From contig JAZJXV010000017.1 of the NCBI GenBank assembly GCA_040390795.1, positions 62 through 64,061 of the forward strand: a stretch of DNA of 64,000 nucleotides, given 5' to 3'. Positions 1 through 9,331 of this stretch are shown here, piece after piece. The DNA is from Pseudomonadota bacterium (GTDB lineage: Bacteria > Pseudomonadota > Gammaproteobacteria > Burkholderiales > Burkholderiaceae_D). The position numbers and the translations under genes were made by a program. Position 1 is the first letter of the stretch. Every line of letters starts with the position of its first letter. The notes below the pieces were generated by a model that was not told the origin of the DNA, did not search any database, and saw only the letters and a list, made by a program, of their open reading frames with translations.

Positions 1-753
1 GCCGCGGATGACTGTCGTGTCGGGCAATACATTCCAGGCTTCACCACCGTGAATTTGAGTCACACTGACAACCGCAGTCTCCTGCGGTGGCAAGCGACGA
101 CTAACGATAGTCTGCAAAGCCAGGACCAACTGGCTGGCACAAACCAGCGAGTCGATGCTGCGCTCTGGCATCGCTGCGTGGCTGCCGACACCCTGGATGG
201 TGATTTCAAACGTATCGAAAGATGCCATCATCGGCCCGTGATTGATGGCAAAACGCCCCATCGGCACGCCAGGCCAGTTATGCATGCCAAACACCATGTC
301 GCATGGAAAACGTTCAAACAAGCCGTCTTCGATCATGACACGGCCGCCGCCAGCGGCTTCTTCGGCCGGTTGAAAGATGAAGTTAATCGTGCCTGTCCAT
401 TCGGTATTCTTGCTGAGTGCGACTGCAGCACCGAGCAACATTGCGGTATGACCGTCATGACCGCAGGCGTGCATCTTCCCTTCGTGCTGCGATTTGTGGG
501 CGAAGTCGTTTTTTTCAGATAGCGGAAGCGCATCCATGTCTGCGCGCAGGCCAATTTTTGGCCCTTCACCACGCTTCAGCGTGCCTACTACGCCAGTACG
601 ACCGACACCTTCTTCAACAGCAATACCATTTGCACGTAAAACAGAGGCAACCAGCTGAGCAGTTGAAACCTCTTCGAAAGCCAGTTCCGGAGAGGCATGA
701 AAAGTGTGTCGCCACTTAATCATGTCTGCGATGAGATTCTTATCCAGAGACAT
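1..753 (-). CDS. M20 family amidohydrolase (hippurate hydrolase / N-acyl-amino-acid amidohydrolase type), first 251 codons; C-terminus lies beyond the window edge
   Basis: Absent from the ORF track because it runs off the edge. Manual reverse-strand translation from ATG (753-751) gives MSLDKNLIADMIKWRHTFHASPELAFEE..GLRADMDALP..MHACGHDGHTAMLLGAA..FQPAEE. These are the characteristic metal-ligand motifs of M20D amidohydrolases. The frame is open to position 1. The + strand ORFs 49..522 and 417..719 are antisense shadows. Confidence 0.85.
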   Translation of the reverse strand, partial: MSLDKNLIADMIKWRHTFHASPELAFEEVSTAQLVASVLRANGIAVEEGVGRTGVVGTLKRGEGPKIGLRADMDALPLSEKNDFAHKSQHEGKMHACGHDGHTAMLLGAAVALSKNTEWTGTINFIFQPAEEAAGGGRVMIEDGLFERFPCDMVFGMHNWPGVPMGRFAINHGPMMASFDTFEITIQGVGSHAAMPERSIDSLVCASQLVLALQTIVSRRLPPQETAVVSVTQIHGGEAWNVLPDTTVIRG

Positions 754-789
754 TTTTTTACCTTTTCTTCAATCTATTAATAGATGTGT

Positions 790-2127
790 TCAGTGGTGGA
801 AAAACTGCGCGATCACAGTGGCGCCGAGGAAAGTTCCTGCATTCGCCGCGAAGGAGACCACGACGATGCGCCAACCGAGACGACGAAACGCCGGAATATC
901 CTTTGCGATGGAAAGGCCCGCAAAAGTCAGCATTGGGGTGATGAATGCGAGGAAATTAATCTTGCCGGTCAACTCTGCAATCTGTGGCGCCCACGGACAG
1001 ATCGGAGCCGTCAGAAGCATGGCGATCAGCGACACCCAGCACACGGCGGGAATTTTCTTACCGAAAAATTTATTCGCCAACACGCCGACCATCACTGCCA
1101 ATAAAACAATCAGCATTCCCGGCAACGCTGCAATCGGATTAACGCCATGGGCGATCCAGTCGCCAATCAAGGTCAAGCCGCCAGACAGCACCAAAGCGAA
1201 ACAGACACCGACAGGACCAAGCGCACCACCGTGATCTACAACATGCTCAACGGTAGTTTCTTTTTGTGTAACGGATGCGGTCGTGGTGCGGCCAAGTATC
1301 GGTTCCAGCACGCGATATCCCCACACTGCCAGTGGCAGCGAGATGAACAGTGTGAAGTAGGTACCGATAGTGGTAGTGATCAGATTGCTGGCTGCAGCAA
1401 AGGTCATGACTTGCTTGGCCATCTCCGGTGTTTGTTGCGCGGCGATCGCGCCAGACGCGGCCGCCATCATGCTGCCAGAACCTACGCCGGAACCCATGGC
1501 CAGGGCAACCGGATGAAAGATATTCAAACTGGCGATGAAACCTGCCAACACTGCGATGAACAGCGCGCCAAACACCGTACCGGTCAGATATTCTGCCAAT
1601 ACCCCGCGCCCCTCAGGAGAATCCATGCCGTACTTCTCACCGATGATGGCCAGGCTAGGTTCGCGCCCGACGGAAAATGTCGCACCGATAGCCTCGCGCT
1701 TGATGCCCAACAGCAAAGCCAGCGGCAAACCAATCATAATCGTGCCGACAAAATGTCCGAACTCCTGAAACACCAAAGCCCAGCCCGATTCCGCGATCTG
1801 CGGCAAGGATGAGCCAACCAGCAAACCGAGCTTGGCGACAAACAACAACAGCGCCGGCTGCAAAATTTTGGCTGCATCAAATTGCATCACGGTGTCGATA
1901 CGCACGGGGGCAGGAAGTACGTTTTTGGACAGCCCCAATATGGCGCCTATCAGCAAGGCCCAAATCATTGGCAACAAGACCACCTTGCCGGGGCCGATAC
2001 TGAACGTAAAGGAACCGATCAACTCGGCAATGACCAAAATAATGGCCGCGCAAACATACAATTTCACAAAGCGAGGAAGACTGTTGCCGCCTAGCATTTC
2101 ACCTACTTCAATTGCTTTTCCCATCAT
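790..2127 (-). CDS. Polytopic inner-membrane protein, putative substrate transporter co-transcribed with the M20 amidohydrolase (N-terminal two thirds resemble DUF3100-type proteins from memory)
   Basis: 445-aa ORF, hydrophobic throughout. AAGAGG RBS lies 6-7 nt before a tandem ATG ATG (2127). The stop is 36 nt before the amidohydrolase start. Motifs GREPSLAIIGEKYG and GSGVGSGSMMAAASG. Family assignment is uncertain. Confidence 0.6.
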   Translation of the reverse strand: MMGKAIEVGEMLGGNSLPRFVKLYVCAAIILVIAELIGSFTFSIGPGKVVLLPMIWALLIGAILGLSKNVLPAPVRIDTVMQFDAAKILQPALLLFVAKLGLLVGSSLPQIAESGWALVFQEFGHFVGTIMIGLPLALLLGIKREAIGATFSVGREPSLAIIGEKYGMDSPEGRGVLAEYLTGTVFGALFIAVLAGFIASLNIFHPVALAMGSGVGSGSMMAAASGAIAAQQTPEMAKQVMTFAAASNLITTTIGTYFTLFISLPLAVWGYRVLEPILGRTTTASVTQKETTVEHVVDHGGALGPVGVCFALVLSGGLTLIGDWIAHGVNPIAALPGMLIVLLAVMVGVLANKFFGKKIPAVCWVSLIAMLLTAPICPWAPQIAELTGKINFLAFITPMLTFAGLSIAKDIPAFRRLGWRIVVVSFAANAGTFLGATVIAQFFHH

Positions 2128-2211
2128 CTCGCCTCTTTATTTTTTCCAAAAAAGATTGCATCAGCCGCTCTGAGCAGGCGCTGATTATGCCGAGATTCTG
2201 ATCTATAATGA

Positions 2212-2241
2212 ATTGCAATGGATCATCAAATCCATTCCAAT
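2212..2241. promoter_or_regulatory. Candidate LysR-type operator: 12-bp-arm inverted repeat ATTGCAATGGAT-N6-ATCCATTCCAAT (one mismatch) in a divergent promoter region
   Basis: Read directly from the sequence. It lies 25 nt upstream of the LysR ATG. It sits just downstream of a perfect TATAAT (2204-2209, + strand) and contains a T-N11-A core (ATGGAT..ATCCAT). Confidence 0.5.
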
Positions 2242-2265
2242 TATTAGAACACGGAAGTCGGCGAT

Positions 2266-3177
2266 ATGTACGAAACACTCAATGAAGCACGTCTTGTTTA
2301 TCTGTTCGAATCGATCCAGCGTGGCACCATGCGTGCGGCCGCAGATGCACTCAACATAGCGCCCTCGGCAGTCAGCCGGCAAGTCGCACTCCTCGAAGAG
2401 GAACTCGGGATCACCCTCATTGAACGTCACACAAGAGGCATCAAGCCGACTGAAGCGGGTAAGCTCTTGTCGCAATATTTTCGTGAACAGCACTCTCACA
2501 AAGCGGATGTCCTGGCTGAACTGCAAGAGCTCCGAGGCTTGCGGAAGGGCACTATCCGTATTGTTCTGGGAGAAGGATTTGTGTCCGATATGATGGCTGG
2601 GCCATTGGCGAAATTTGGCGCAGACTACAAGGATATTTCGGTAGTGCTCGATGTCGGAGGCACCAGCGAGATCATGCGCAGAGTCAGTGAAGATGAGGCC
2701 GATATGGGGCTGGTTATGAATCCGCCTCCCGACAACAAGATCGTCTCACGCAAGTACAGCAGGCAACCTATCTACGCCGTCGTCGGCCCCGATTTCCCTC
2801 TATTGCACAAGCCAGGCCCCTTTGAAATCAAGGACTTCCTGCCGTATCCGATGGCGCTCAATCATACGACCTTCGGCCTGCGCCAGATCCTGCAACTGGT
2901 CGAAGAAACTGAGAAAATCCGCCTAACGCCGAACCTGACTACCAATTCCTTCTACATTTTGCGGCAGTTTGTTCGCCTGCAAATGGGCGTGACATTTTTA
3001 CCATCCTTCGTCGTTAGCAGCGAACTTGCCGCCGGTGAGTTATTCACTATTCCGGTCAAGCACCCAGTCATGGAAAATGCCGAAGCGCATTTGATTACAC
3101 GTAGCGGTCGCAAGCTATCAAGCGCCGCAAATAAAATGTTGCAATACATGTCGGCGCGATTAACTTCGATGCAGTGA
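2266..3177 (+). CDS. LysR family transcriptional regulator
   Basis: N-terminal wHTH LVYLFESIQRGTMRAAADALNIAPSAVSRQVALLEEELGITLIERHTRG. About 300 aa. Divergent from the transporter-amidohydrolase pair. Confidence 0.9.
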   Translation: MYETLNEARLVYLFESIQRGTMRAAADALNIAPSAVSRQVALLEEELGITLIERHTRGIKPTEAGKLLSQYFREQHSHKADVLAELQELRGLRKGTIRIVLGEGFVSDMMAGPLAKFGADYKDISVVLDVGGTSEIMRRVSEDEADMGLVMNPPPDNKIVSRKYSRQPIYAVVGPDFPLLHKPGPFEIKDFLPYPMALNHTTFGLRQILQLVEETEKIRLTPNLTTNSFYILRQFVRLQMGVTFLPSFVVSSELAAGELFTIPVKHPVMENAEAHLITRSGRKLSSAANKMLQYMSARLTSMQ

Positions 3178-3228
3178 CCGGAGAATAAAAAAGCACCAGT
3201 CATAAACTCTAACGCTTTCGTGAGGCCA

Positions 3229-3272
3229 GTAAAAAGCCCCTGTCAGATATGAGTCTGACAGGGGCTTTTTAC
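3229..3272. terminator. Bidirectional intrinsic terminator between lysR-type gene and ssb
   Basis: AAAAAGCCCCTGTCAGA-tatgag-TCTGACAGGGGCTTTTT: perfect 17-bp stem flanked by an A-run and a T-run. Confidence 0.85.
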
Positions 3273-3292
3273 TTTACAGAACCAGGTATCGA

Positions 3293-3787
3293 TTAGAACG
3301 GAATGTCGTCATCCATATCGTTGAAATTGGATGCGACTGGCTTAGCAGCTGGACGTGGTGCGCTGCTACCACCGCCCGAACTCTGACGCGGCGCTGGTGC
3401 GCTGCTACCGTAATCATCATCCATAGGGGCGCCACCGCCGCCACCTGCGCCTGGACGACCGCCCAGCATTTGCATCGTGTCGGCAATGATTTCTGTGGTG
3501 AAACGCTCAACGCCGTCTTTATCTGTCCACTTGCGTGTTTGCAAACGACCTTCGATATAGACCGACGAACCTTTTTTCAGGTATTGACCGGCAATTTCAG
3601 CCAGTTTGCGATAGAAGGTGATGCGGTGCCATTCGGTGATTTCTTTTTTGTCACCGCTGTTTTTGTCTTTCCAGCTTTCCGTCGTCGCCACGGCCACGTT
3701 GGTCACCGCTTCGCCGTTAGGCATATAGCGTGTTTCAGGATCGCGACCCAGATTGCCGACGATGATGACTTTGTTGACTGATGCCAT
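3293..3787 (-). CDS. ssb: Single-stranded DNA-binding protein
   Basis: [39 protein letters not shown] fold, Gly/Pro-rich linker, acidic tail DMDDDIPF. Confidence 0.97.
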   Translation of the reverse strand: MASVNKVIIVGNLGRDPETRYMPNGEAVTNVAVATTESWKDKNSGDKKEITEWHRITFYRKLAEIAGQYLKKGSSVYIEGRLQTRKWTDKDGVERFTTEIIADTMQMLGGRPGAGGGGGAPMDDDYGSSAPAPRQSSGGGSSAPRPAAKPVASNFNDMDDDIPF

Positions 3788-3802
3788 TAGATATTTCTCC
3801 GA

Positions 3803-5032
3803 TTAAACTACGGCAGCCTGAACCTGGCTGCGGCGCGGTACGTTTTTCATATTGGCAGCAATTATAAGCCACGCCACCGTTAATACTGAACCCAAAACAA
3901 AGACAGATGCTCCGCTAACATGTTGCGTCAGCCAGCCACCCAATGCGCCACCGCAAAACAAACCGAGTGCCTGCAAGGTGTTATAGACGCCCAATGCCGC
4001 GCCTTTGCTGCCTGGCGGCGCGATGCGCGATACCAAGGAAGGCTGGCTCGCCTCCAGAATATTGAACGCGATAAAAAAGGCCAGTAACAAGCCGATCAGC
4101 CATGTCCAATGCACCTGTGTTTGTGACAACACCAGCCACATGCCAATTTGAACGATTAATAATAAAGCAATCGCGCCGACAAACACTTGCTTGGACTTGC
4201 CGCGTTTTTCGCCAATAAAGATAGGCGGCAGCATCAGGATGAAAGAAACCAGCACCACCGGCAAATAGATTTTCCAGTGTTCGGCAAGCGGCAAATGACC
4301 GAAACGAATCAAGGCGGACGGCATCACGACAAACATCGCCATTTGCGTCAGATGCAGAGCAAACACGCCGTAGTTCAAGCGCATCAACTCGCCATTCGCC
4401 AAAATCTCGCGTATCGATACACGATTCGGCGGCAAAGCCGGCGCGGCAGGAACTATATATAGGACAACAAAGATTGCCAGCACCGACAAACCACCAGTCA
4501 GCGCGAAAATACCGCCCATGCCGATGGCCTGATACAGCAAAGGCGAAATCACCAGGGAACCGGCGAAGGTCAGTCCGATAGAGCCACCGACCATCGCCAT
4601 TGCCTTGGTGCGATGTTCTTCTCTGGTCGAATCAGCAATAAATGCAGTGACCGCAGCGGAGATCGCTCCCGCGCCCTGCACCGCGCGCCCAATGATGACC
4701 CAGACGATATTGTCAGCCGCAGCAGCAATGAAAGAACCGAGCGCAAACAGGATCAAACCGATGACGATAATGCGCTTGCGTCCGTATTTATCAGAAGCAA
4801 TACCAAACGGGATCTGCCCGAAAGACTGCGTCAAACCGTAAATCCCCATTGCCAAACCGACCAGAGTCGCGCTCTCCCCGCCCGGCAAGCTTTTTGCATG
4901 AACGGAAAAGACCGGCAGGATCAGGAACAGCCCCAGCATCCGCAACGCAAAAATCGACGCAAGCGATGTGCTGGCGCGGATTTCGGTGCGAGTCATACCG
5001 GAACTGACGTCGTTTGATGAATTAGATGACAT
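3803..5032 (-). CDS. MFS transporter
   Basis: 12-TM-like profile with MFS loop motif SDKYGRKRII. Ends 15 nt upstream of ssb. The track ORF starts at TTG 5053; I chose the first ATG (5032). Start is uncertain. Confidence 0.8.
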   Translation of the reverse strand: MSSNSSNDVSSGMTRTEIRASTSLASIFALRMLGLFLILPVFSVHAKSLPGGESATLVGLAMGIYGLTQSFGQIPFGIASDKYGRKRIIVIGLILFALGSFIAAAADNIVWVIIGRAVQGAGAISAAVTAFIADSTREEHRTKAMAMVGGSIGLTFAGSLVISPLLYQAIGMGGIFALTGGLSVLAIFVVLYIVPAAPALPPNRVSIREILANGELMRLNYGVFALHLTQMAMFVVMPSALIRFGHLPLAEHWKIYLPVVLVSFILMLPPIFIGEKRGKSKQVFVGAIALLLIVQIGMWLVLSQTQVHWTWLIGLLLAFFIAFNILEASQPSLVSRIAPPGSKGAALGVYNTLQALGLFCGGALGGWLTQHVSGASVFVLGSVLTVAWLIIAANMKNVPRRSQVQAAVV

Positions 5033-5171
5033 GTAAGCAGGGAAATAGAACAAGAAGCGGTTTAACGGCCCGCTTTAAAACCCGCTATAGTAGCAGGTTG
5101 ACCCGTTTTAACCCGCTCCCGACCTTCAAAAAAGGCCGGAATCTGTCGGAAAAGCCTAGCTGAAAGAGTGA

Positions 5172-8027
5172 ATGGACGAGATTCGTATCCGAGGTGCGCG
5201 TACGCACAACCTCAAGAACATCAATCTGGATTTGCCGCGCAACAAACTGATCGTGATCACCGGCTTGTCCGGTTCCGGCAAGTCGTCGCTCGCGTTCGAT
5301 ACGCTGTACGCCGAAGGCCAGCGCCGCTACGTTGAATCGCTGTCTTCATACGCGCGCCAGTTTTTGCAACTGATGGAAAAACCCGATGTCGATTTGATCG
5401 AAGGCTTGTCGCCGGCGATTTCCATCGAGCAAAAAGCCACTTCGCACAATCCGCGCTCAACGGTCGGCACGGTCACAGAAATCCACGATTATCTGCGTCT
5501 GCTGTACGCACGCGTCGGCACCCCGTATTGCCCCGACCATCCGGAGAATCCGCTGGCTGCGCAATCAGTTTCGCAAATGGTCGATGCCGTACTGGCGATG
5601 CCAGAAGGTACCAAGCTGATGATCATGGCGCCTGTCGTCGCCAATCGCAAAGGTGAACACGTCGATCTGTTCGAACAAATGCAGGCGCAAGGTTTTGTCC
5701 GCTTCCGCGTGCAAAGCGGCACCGGCGACGCGAAAATATACGACGTCGATGACCTGCCTAAATTGAAAAAAGCAGAGAAGCACACGATCGCTGTCGTCAT
5801 CGATCGCATCAAAGTCACGGCCGATATCAAGCAGCGCCTGGCCGAAAGCTTCGAGACTGCGCTGCGCCTGGCCGAAGGCCGCGCACTAGTGCTGGAAATG
5901 GATAGCGGCGTCGAACATGTGTATTCAAATAAATTCGCATGCCCAACCTGCGGCTATTCGCTGCAAGAGTTGGAACCGCGCCTGTTCTCGTTCAACAATC
6001 CTATGGGCGCGTGCCCTGAGTGCGACGGTCTCGGCCATATTGAATTCTTCGATCCGAAACGTATCGTCGCCTTCCCTAATCTATCGCTCGCCAGCGGCGC
6101 GGTTAAAGGCTGGGACAGACGCAATCAGTTCTACTTCCAGATGTTGTCGAATCTGGCGGAGTTCTACAAGTTCGATATCGACGTACCGTTTGAGAAGTTG
6201 CCAGAAGCAGCGCAACAAGCCGTGCTGTTCGGCTCAGGCAAGCAAAAAATTCCGTTCACCTACGTCAACGAAAAAGGCCGCACCGTTATCCGCGAGCACG
6301 AGTTCGAAGGCGTCGTGAACAATCTGCAGCGTCGTTATCGCGAAACCGATTCGATGGCAGTGAAAGAAGAACTAGCCAAGTTCATCAATGAAAAAGAATG
6401 CCCAAGCTGCAACGGCGCACGTCTGCGCGTCGAAGCACGCAATGTGCTAGTCGGCAACGGCGCGCAGAAACGCGCCATCTATGAAGTCGCGGCCACACCT
6501 TTGCGTCAGACTCTGGAGTTCTTTGAAACCCTGACATTGACCGGCGCGAAGAAAGAAATCGCCGATCGTATCGTCAAGGAAATCGTTTCGCGCCTGAAGT
6601 TCCTCAACAACGTTGGTCTTGATTATCTGTCGCTGGAACGTAGCGCCGATACTTTGTCTGGCGGCGAAGCACAGCGTATTCGTCTCGCCTCGCAAATCGG
6701 CTCCGGCCTGACTGGCGTTATGTACGTACTCGATGAACCGTCCATCGGTTTGCATCAACGCGACAACGATAGACTGATCGAAACACTCAAGCATTTGCGC
6801 GACATCGGCAATAGCGTATTGGTGGTCGAACACGATGAAGATGCAATCCGCTGCGCCGATTACGTAGTCGATATGGGCATAGGCGCAGGTGTGCACGGCG
6901 GCGAAGTCATTGCCGAAGGCACACTGAAAGACATCCTCAAAAGCAAGACCTCGCTGACCGCACAATATCTGAACGGCACGCTCGGCATCGCGGTGCCGAA
7001 GAAACGCACACCGATCAATCCGAAGAAGCAGTTTGTGATCACTGGCGCGACCGGCAACAATCTGAAAAACGTCACACTGGAATTGCCGGTCGGCTTGCTG
7101 ACTTGCGTCACAGGCGTATCTGGCTCCGGCAAATCGACGCTGGTCAACGACACGCTGTACCACGCTGCTTCGCGCCATCTGTACGGCTCGCAAGCAGAAC
7201 CGGCAGCACATGAGTCGATCAGTGGCTTTGAACATTTCGACAAAGTGATCTCCGTCGACCAAGCGCCTATCGGTCGTACCCCGCGTTCGAATCCTGCAAC
7301 CTACACCGGCTTGTTCACACCTATCCGCGACTTGTTTGCGACTGTTCCGACATCAAAAGAACGCGGCTATTCAGCTGGACGTTTCTCCTTCAACGTCAAA
7401 GGCGGTCGTTGCGAAGCTTGTCAGGGCGATGGCGTGATCAAGGTCGAGATGCACTTCTTGCCGGATGTCTATGTCCCGTGCGACGTCTGCCACGGCAATC
7501 GCTACAACCGTGAGACGTTAGAGATTCAATACAAAGGCAAGAGCATCACCGAAGTGCTGAGCATGACGGTAGAAGAGGCACACGTCTTCTTCAAACCGGT
7601 GCCGGTCATTGCGCGCAAACTGCAAACCTTGCTGGACGTGGGCCTCGGTTATATACGTCTAGGGCAAAGTGCCACCACCTTGTCTGGCGGTGAAGCACAA
7701 CGCGTCAAACTGTCACTGGAGTTGTCGAAGCGCGATACCGGCCGCACGCTCTACATCCTGGATGAACCAACCACTGGTTTGCATTTCCACGATATCGATT
7801 TGCTGCTGAAAGTAATTCATCGTTTGCGCGATCAAGGCAATACCGTCGTGATCATCGAACACAATCTGGACGTGATCAAAACAGCTGATTGGTTGATCGA
7901 TATGGGGCCGGAAGGCGGCGCAGGCGGTGGACAGGTGATCGGCACCGGTACACCGGAAGATCTGGCGAAAAACCCAGCCAGCTTTACCGGCAAATATCTG
8001 GCACCGTTGTTGAAGCAAAAGAAGTAA
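5172..8027 (+). CDS. uvrA: Excinuclease ABC subunit A
   Basis: 951 aa. Two ABC ATPase modules ([28 protein letters not shown]), zinc-finger cysteines, LSGGEAQR signatures. Confidence 0.98.
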   Translation: MDEIRIRGARTHNLKNINLDLPRNKLIVITGLSGSGKSSLAFDTLYAEGQRRYVESLSSYARQFLQLMEKPDVDLIEGLSPAISIEQKATSHNPRSTVGTVTEIHDYLRLLYARVGTPYCPDHPENPLAAQSVSQMVDAVLAMPEGTKLMIMAPVVANRKGEHVDLFEQMQAQGFVRFRVQSGTGDAKIYDVDDLPKLKKAEKHTIAVVIDRIKVTADIKQRLAESFETALRLAEGRALVLEMDSGVEHVYSNKFACPTCGYSLQELEPRLFSFNNPMGACPECDGLGHIEFFDPKRIVAFPNLSLASGAVKGWDRRNQFYFQMLSNLAEFYKFDIDVPFEKLPEAAQQAVLFGSGKQKIPFTYVNEKGRTVIREHEFEGVVNNLQRRYRETDSMAVKEELAKFINEKECPSCNGARLRVEARNVLVGNGAQKRAIYEVAATPLRQTLEFFETLTLTGAKKEIADRIVKEIVSRLKFLNNVGLDYLSLERSADTLSGGEAQRIRLASQIGSGLTGVMYVLDEPSIGLHQRDNDRLIETLKHLRDIGNSVLVVEHDEDAIRCADYVVDMGIGAGVHGGEVIAEGTLKDILKSKTSLTAQYLNGTLGIAVPKKRTPINPKKQFVITGATGNNLKNVTLELPVGLLTCVTGVSGSGKSTLVNDTLYHAASRHLYGSQAEPAAHESISGFEHFDKVISVDQAPIGRTPRSNPATYTGLFTPIRDLFATVPTSKERGYSAGRFSFNVKGGRCEACQGDGVIKVEMHFLPDVYVPCDVCHGNRYNRETLEIQYKGKSITEVLSMTVEEAHVFFKPVPVIARKLQTLLDVGLGYIRLGQSATTLSGGEAQRVKLSLELSKRDTGRTLYILDEPTTGLHFHDIDLLLKVIHRLRDQGNTVVIIEHNLDVIKTADWLIDMGPEGGAGGGQVIGTGTPEDLAKNPASFTGKYLAPLLKQKK

Positions 8028-8044
8028 GCATCCACTACAAAAAT

Positions 8045-8091
8045 TGAACTCAGTCTCTATTTTTAGCGCAGGCTAGGATAGAGGCTGAGTT
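8045..8091 (+). terminator. Hairpin after uvrA (possible terminator, no clear U-tract)
   Basis: GAACTCAGTCTCTAT-N17-ATAGAGGCTGAGTTC, 15-bp arms with one G-T position. Confidence 0.35.
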
Positions 8092-8144
8092 CATGACTTA
8101 TTGATTCACAAAGCTGTAAATTTCTCGCTGTGACAACCACTATC

Positions 8145-9092
8145 TCAACGCACAAAGCGTTGCTCGATAACCTCTTTGCCCCACTGACTACCGGGGCGTT
8201 CCTCGACTAAAGAAAAACCGAAACTTTCATACAGTGCGCGCGCGGCATCAAGCCCCTGGAATGTCCATAACTGTATCGAGGCAAAACGCTGCCGATCACA
8301 AAATGCGACGGCGGCTTTCAGTAATGCATGTCCCGCTCCTGCGCCACGCAAACTCTCGTCCACGATGAACCAGCGAAGATGCGCCGAGTTGTTTTTCAAG
8401 TCCTCGCCATCAATAGCAATAGCCCCGGCAATTCTGCCCTCGTGCAAGGCCAACCATATTCCGTTGCCGCGATTTTCCAATCGAGGAACAAACTCGGCCA
8501 TTCCCGCTGCCACCTGACTTTCGAAGAACTGACCGAAACCGGCGTTGCGAGCGTAAAAAGAGGCATGCATTTCCGTCACTCGTCCAATCACGCCGGGACG
8601 ATAACCCGACTTGATCTGAAATTGCTTGACTGGTGCTACTGCCGGCTTGCCGAGACGATGCGCCTCCAGCGCTTGCGCGTAAGCCTGCATTCCCTGGCCC
8701 ACCACCGTCTGCTGGGCCAACGTCATCTGCGCCAAGGCAGTTGAGACTTGCCGTCGGCCAAATTTATGGATCGCAGCCAAAGTGCGCCGCCCCTGTGCAG
8801 TCAGCGTCAATTGCTTCGCTCGCCCATCGTCATTGCTGACGGCTTCCTTCAATTCGCCAGCTTCGACCAGCTTGCGCACCATACGGCTAATGCTGGACTT
8901 CTCCAGACTCAAAAGGTCTGCCAGTTGTGCCGCCGTCAATGCAGACTGCGCGCCGATTTCCAGAATCGCATGCACCGCCGAAGGTGGATAAGGCGTGGCC
9001 GCCAGCGTTGGCTGCATAAAACCCAATTCGCGCACCATCTTGCGTGAAGCGGCACGGATGGAATCAACAAGGAAAGGATCACCCACAGACAT
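8145..9092 (-). CDS. Bifunctional MarR-type HTH regulator / GNAT N-acetyltransferase
   Basis: N-terminal MarR wHTH (LTAAQLADLLSLEKSSISRMVRKLVEAGEL). C-terminal GNAT motif A (RGAGAGHALLKAAVAF). Start trimmed to ATG 9092 (MSVGDPF); the track ORF extends to 9248. Confidence 0.85.
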   Translation of the reverse strand: MSVGDPFLVDSIRAASRKMVRELGFMQPTLAATPYPPSAVHAILEIGAQSALTAAQLADLLSLEKSSISRMVRKLVEAGELKEAVSNDDGRAKQLTLTAQGRRTLAAIHKFGRRQVSTALAQMTLAQQTVVGQGMQAYAQALEAHRLGKPAVAPVKQFQIKSGYRPGVIGRVTEMHASFYARNAGFGQFFESQVAAGMAEFVPRLENRGNGIWLALHEGRIAGAIAIDGEDLKNNSAHLRWFIVDESLRGAGAGHALLKAAVAFCDRQRFASIQLWTFQGLDAARALYESFGFSLVEERPGSQWGKEVIEQRFVR

Positions 9093-9109
9093 TTTATCTT
9101 CCGCAAAAA

Positions 9110-9124
9110 GTTGTACGATACAAC
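9110..9124. promoter_or_regulatory. Inverted repeat GTTGTA-cga-TACAAC, candidate MarR-type operator
   Basis: Read directly; 18 nt upstream of the MarR-GNAT start codon. Confidence 0.35.
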
Positions 9125-9202
9125 CAAATACGCGAAACGATAAGCTATTTATGCAACGTGCAGAGTCGCGCCCAAAGCCTTTTAGGAATTCAAAGAGATA
9201 TG

Positions 9203-9218
9203 CAGAACACTTGTTCTG
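9203..9218. promoter_or_regulatory. Perfect 16-bp palindrome CAGAACA-ct-TGTTCTG (GAAC-N4-GTTC core)
   Basis: Read directly. In the intergenic region between the AEC transporter stop and the MarR-GNAT start. No flanking U-tract on either strand. Confidence 0.35.
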
Positions 9219-9331
9219 TCTAAGCTGTCGGCAGCAAACCAGCCGCATGAGGGCCGGTTCGACTATGAAATAGAAGAAATAAAGGTGAGCTTAGTATTCA
9301 GCCAATTTGCAAAGAACAAACTCGCGCGAAT

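Noticed and set aside
49-719. Plus-strand ORFs 49..522 and 417..719 at the window start
   Set aside because: The reverse strand gives an uninterrupted M20 amidohydrolase sequence with canonical motifs. The plus-strand ORFs are antisense artefacts.
5054-5171. Expected LexA/SOS box between uvrA and the ssb operon
   Set aside because: I read both strands and found no CTGT-N8-ACAG. The nearest candidate, CTGTCGGAAAAGCCTAG, lacks the ACAG half-site.
6447-7262. 271-aa minus-strand ORF inside uvrA, and similar long antisense ORFs (40015..40791 in mrcA, 51733..52287 in prx, 58206..58715 in rpsD, 1147..1812 in the membrane protein gene, 16405..16923 in kdsD, 20518..21060 in rpoN)
   Set aside because: All lie wholly within confidently identified genes on the other strand. 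They encode low-complexity Arg/Ala/Cys-rich sequences and have no recognisable motifs. I treat them as frame shadows.
8145-9248. Long N-terminal extensions in the ORF track (also 9332..10312, 11918..12355, 16004.., 28022..28513, 41571..41921, 50631.., 52512..54359, 55406..56440, 61476..61925, 61934..62167, 63027..63605)
   Set aside because: The extensions overlap upstream genes or terminators. They start at non-ATG codons or add residues absent from conserved family N-termini. I trimmed each to the internal start that matches the family N-terminus or the operon junction.
9255-9275. GGTTCGACT string resembling a tRNA T-arm
   Set aside because: There is no matching acceptor stem, anticodon arm or CCA context around it. 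It is an isolated chance match.
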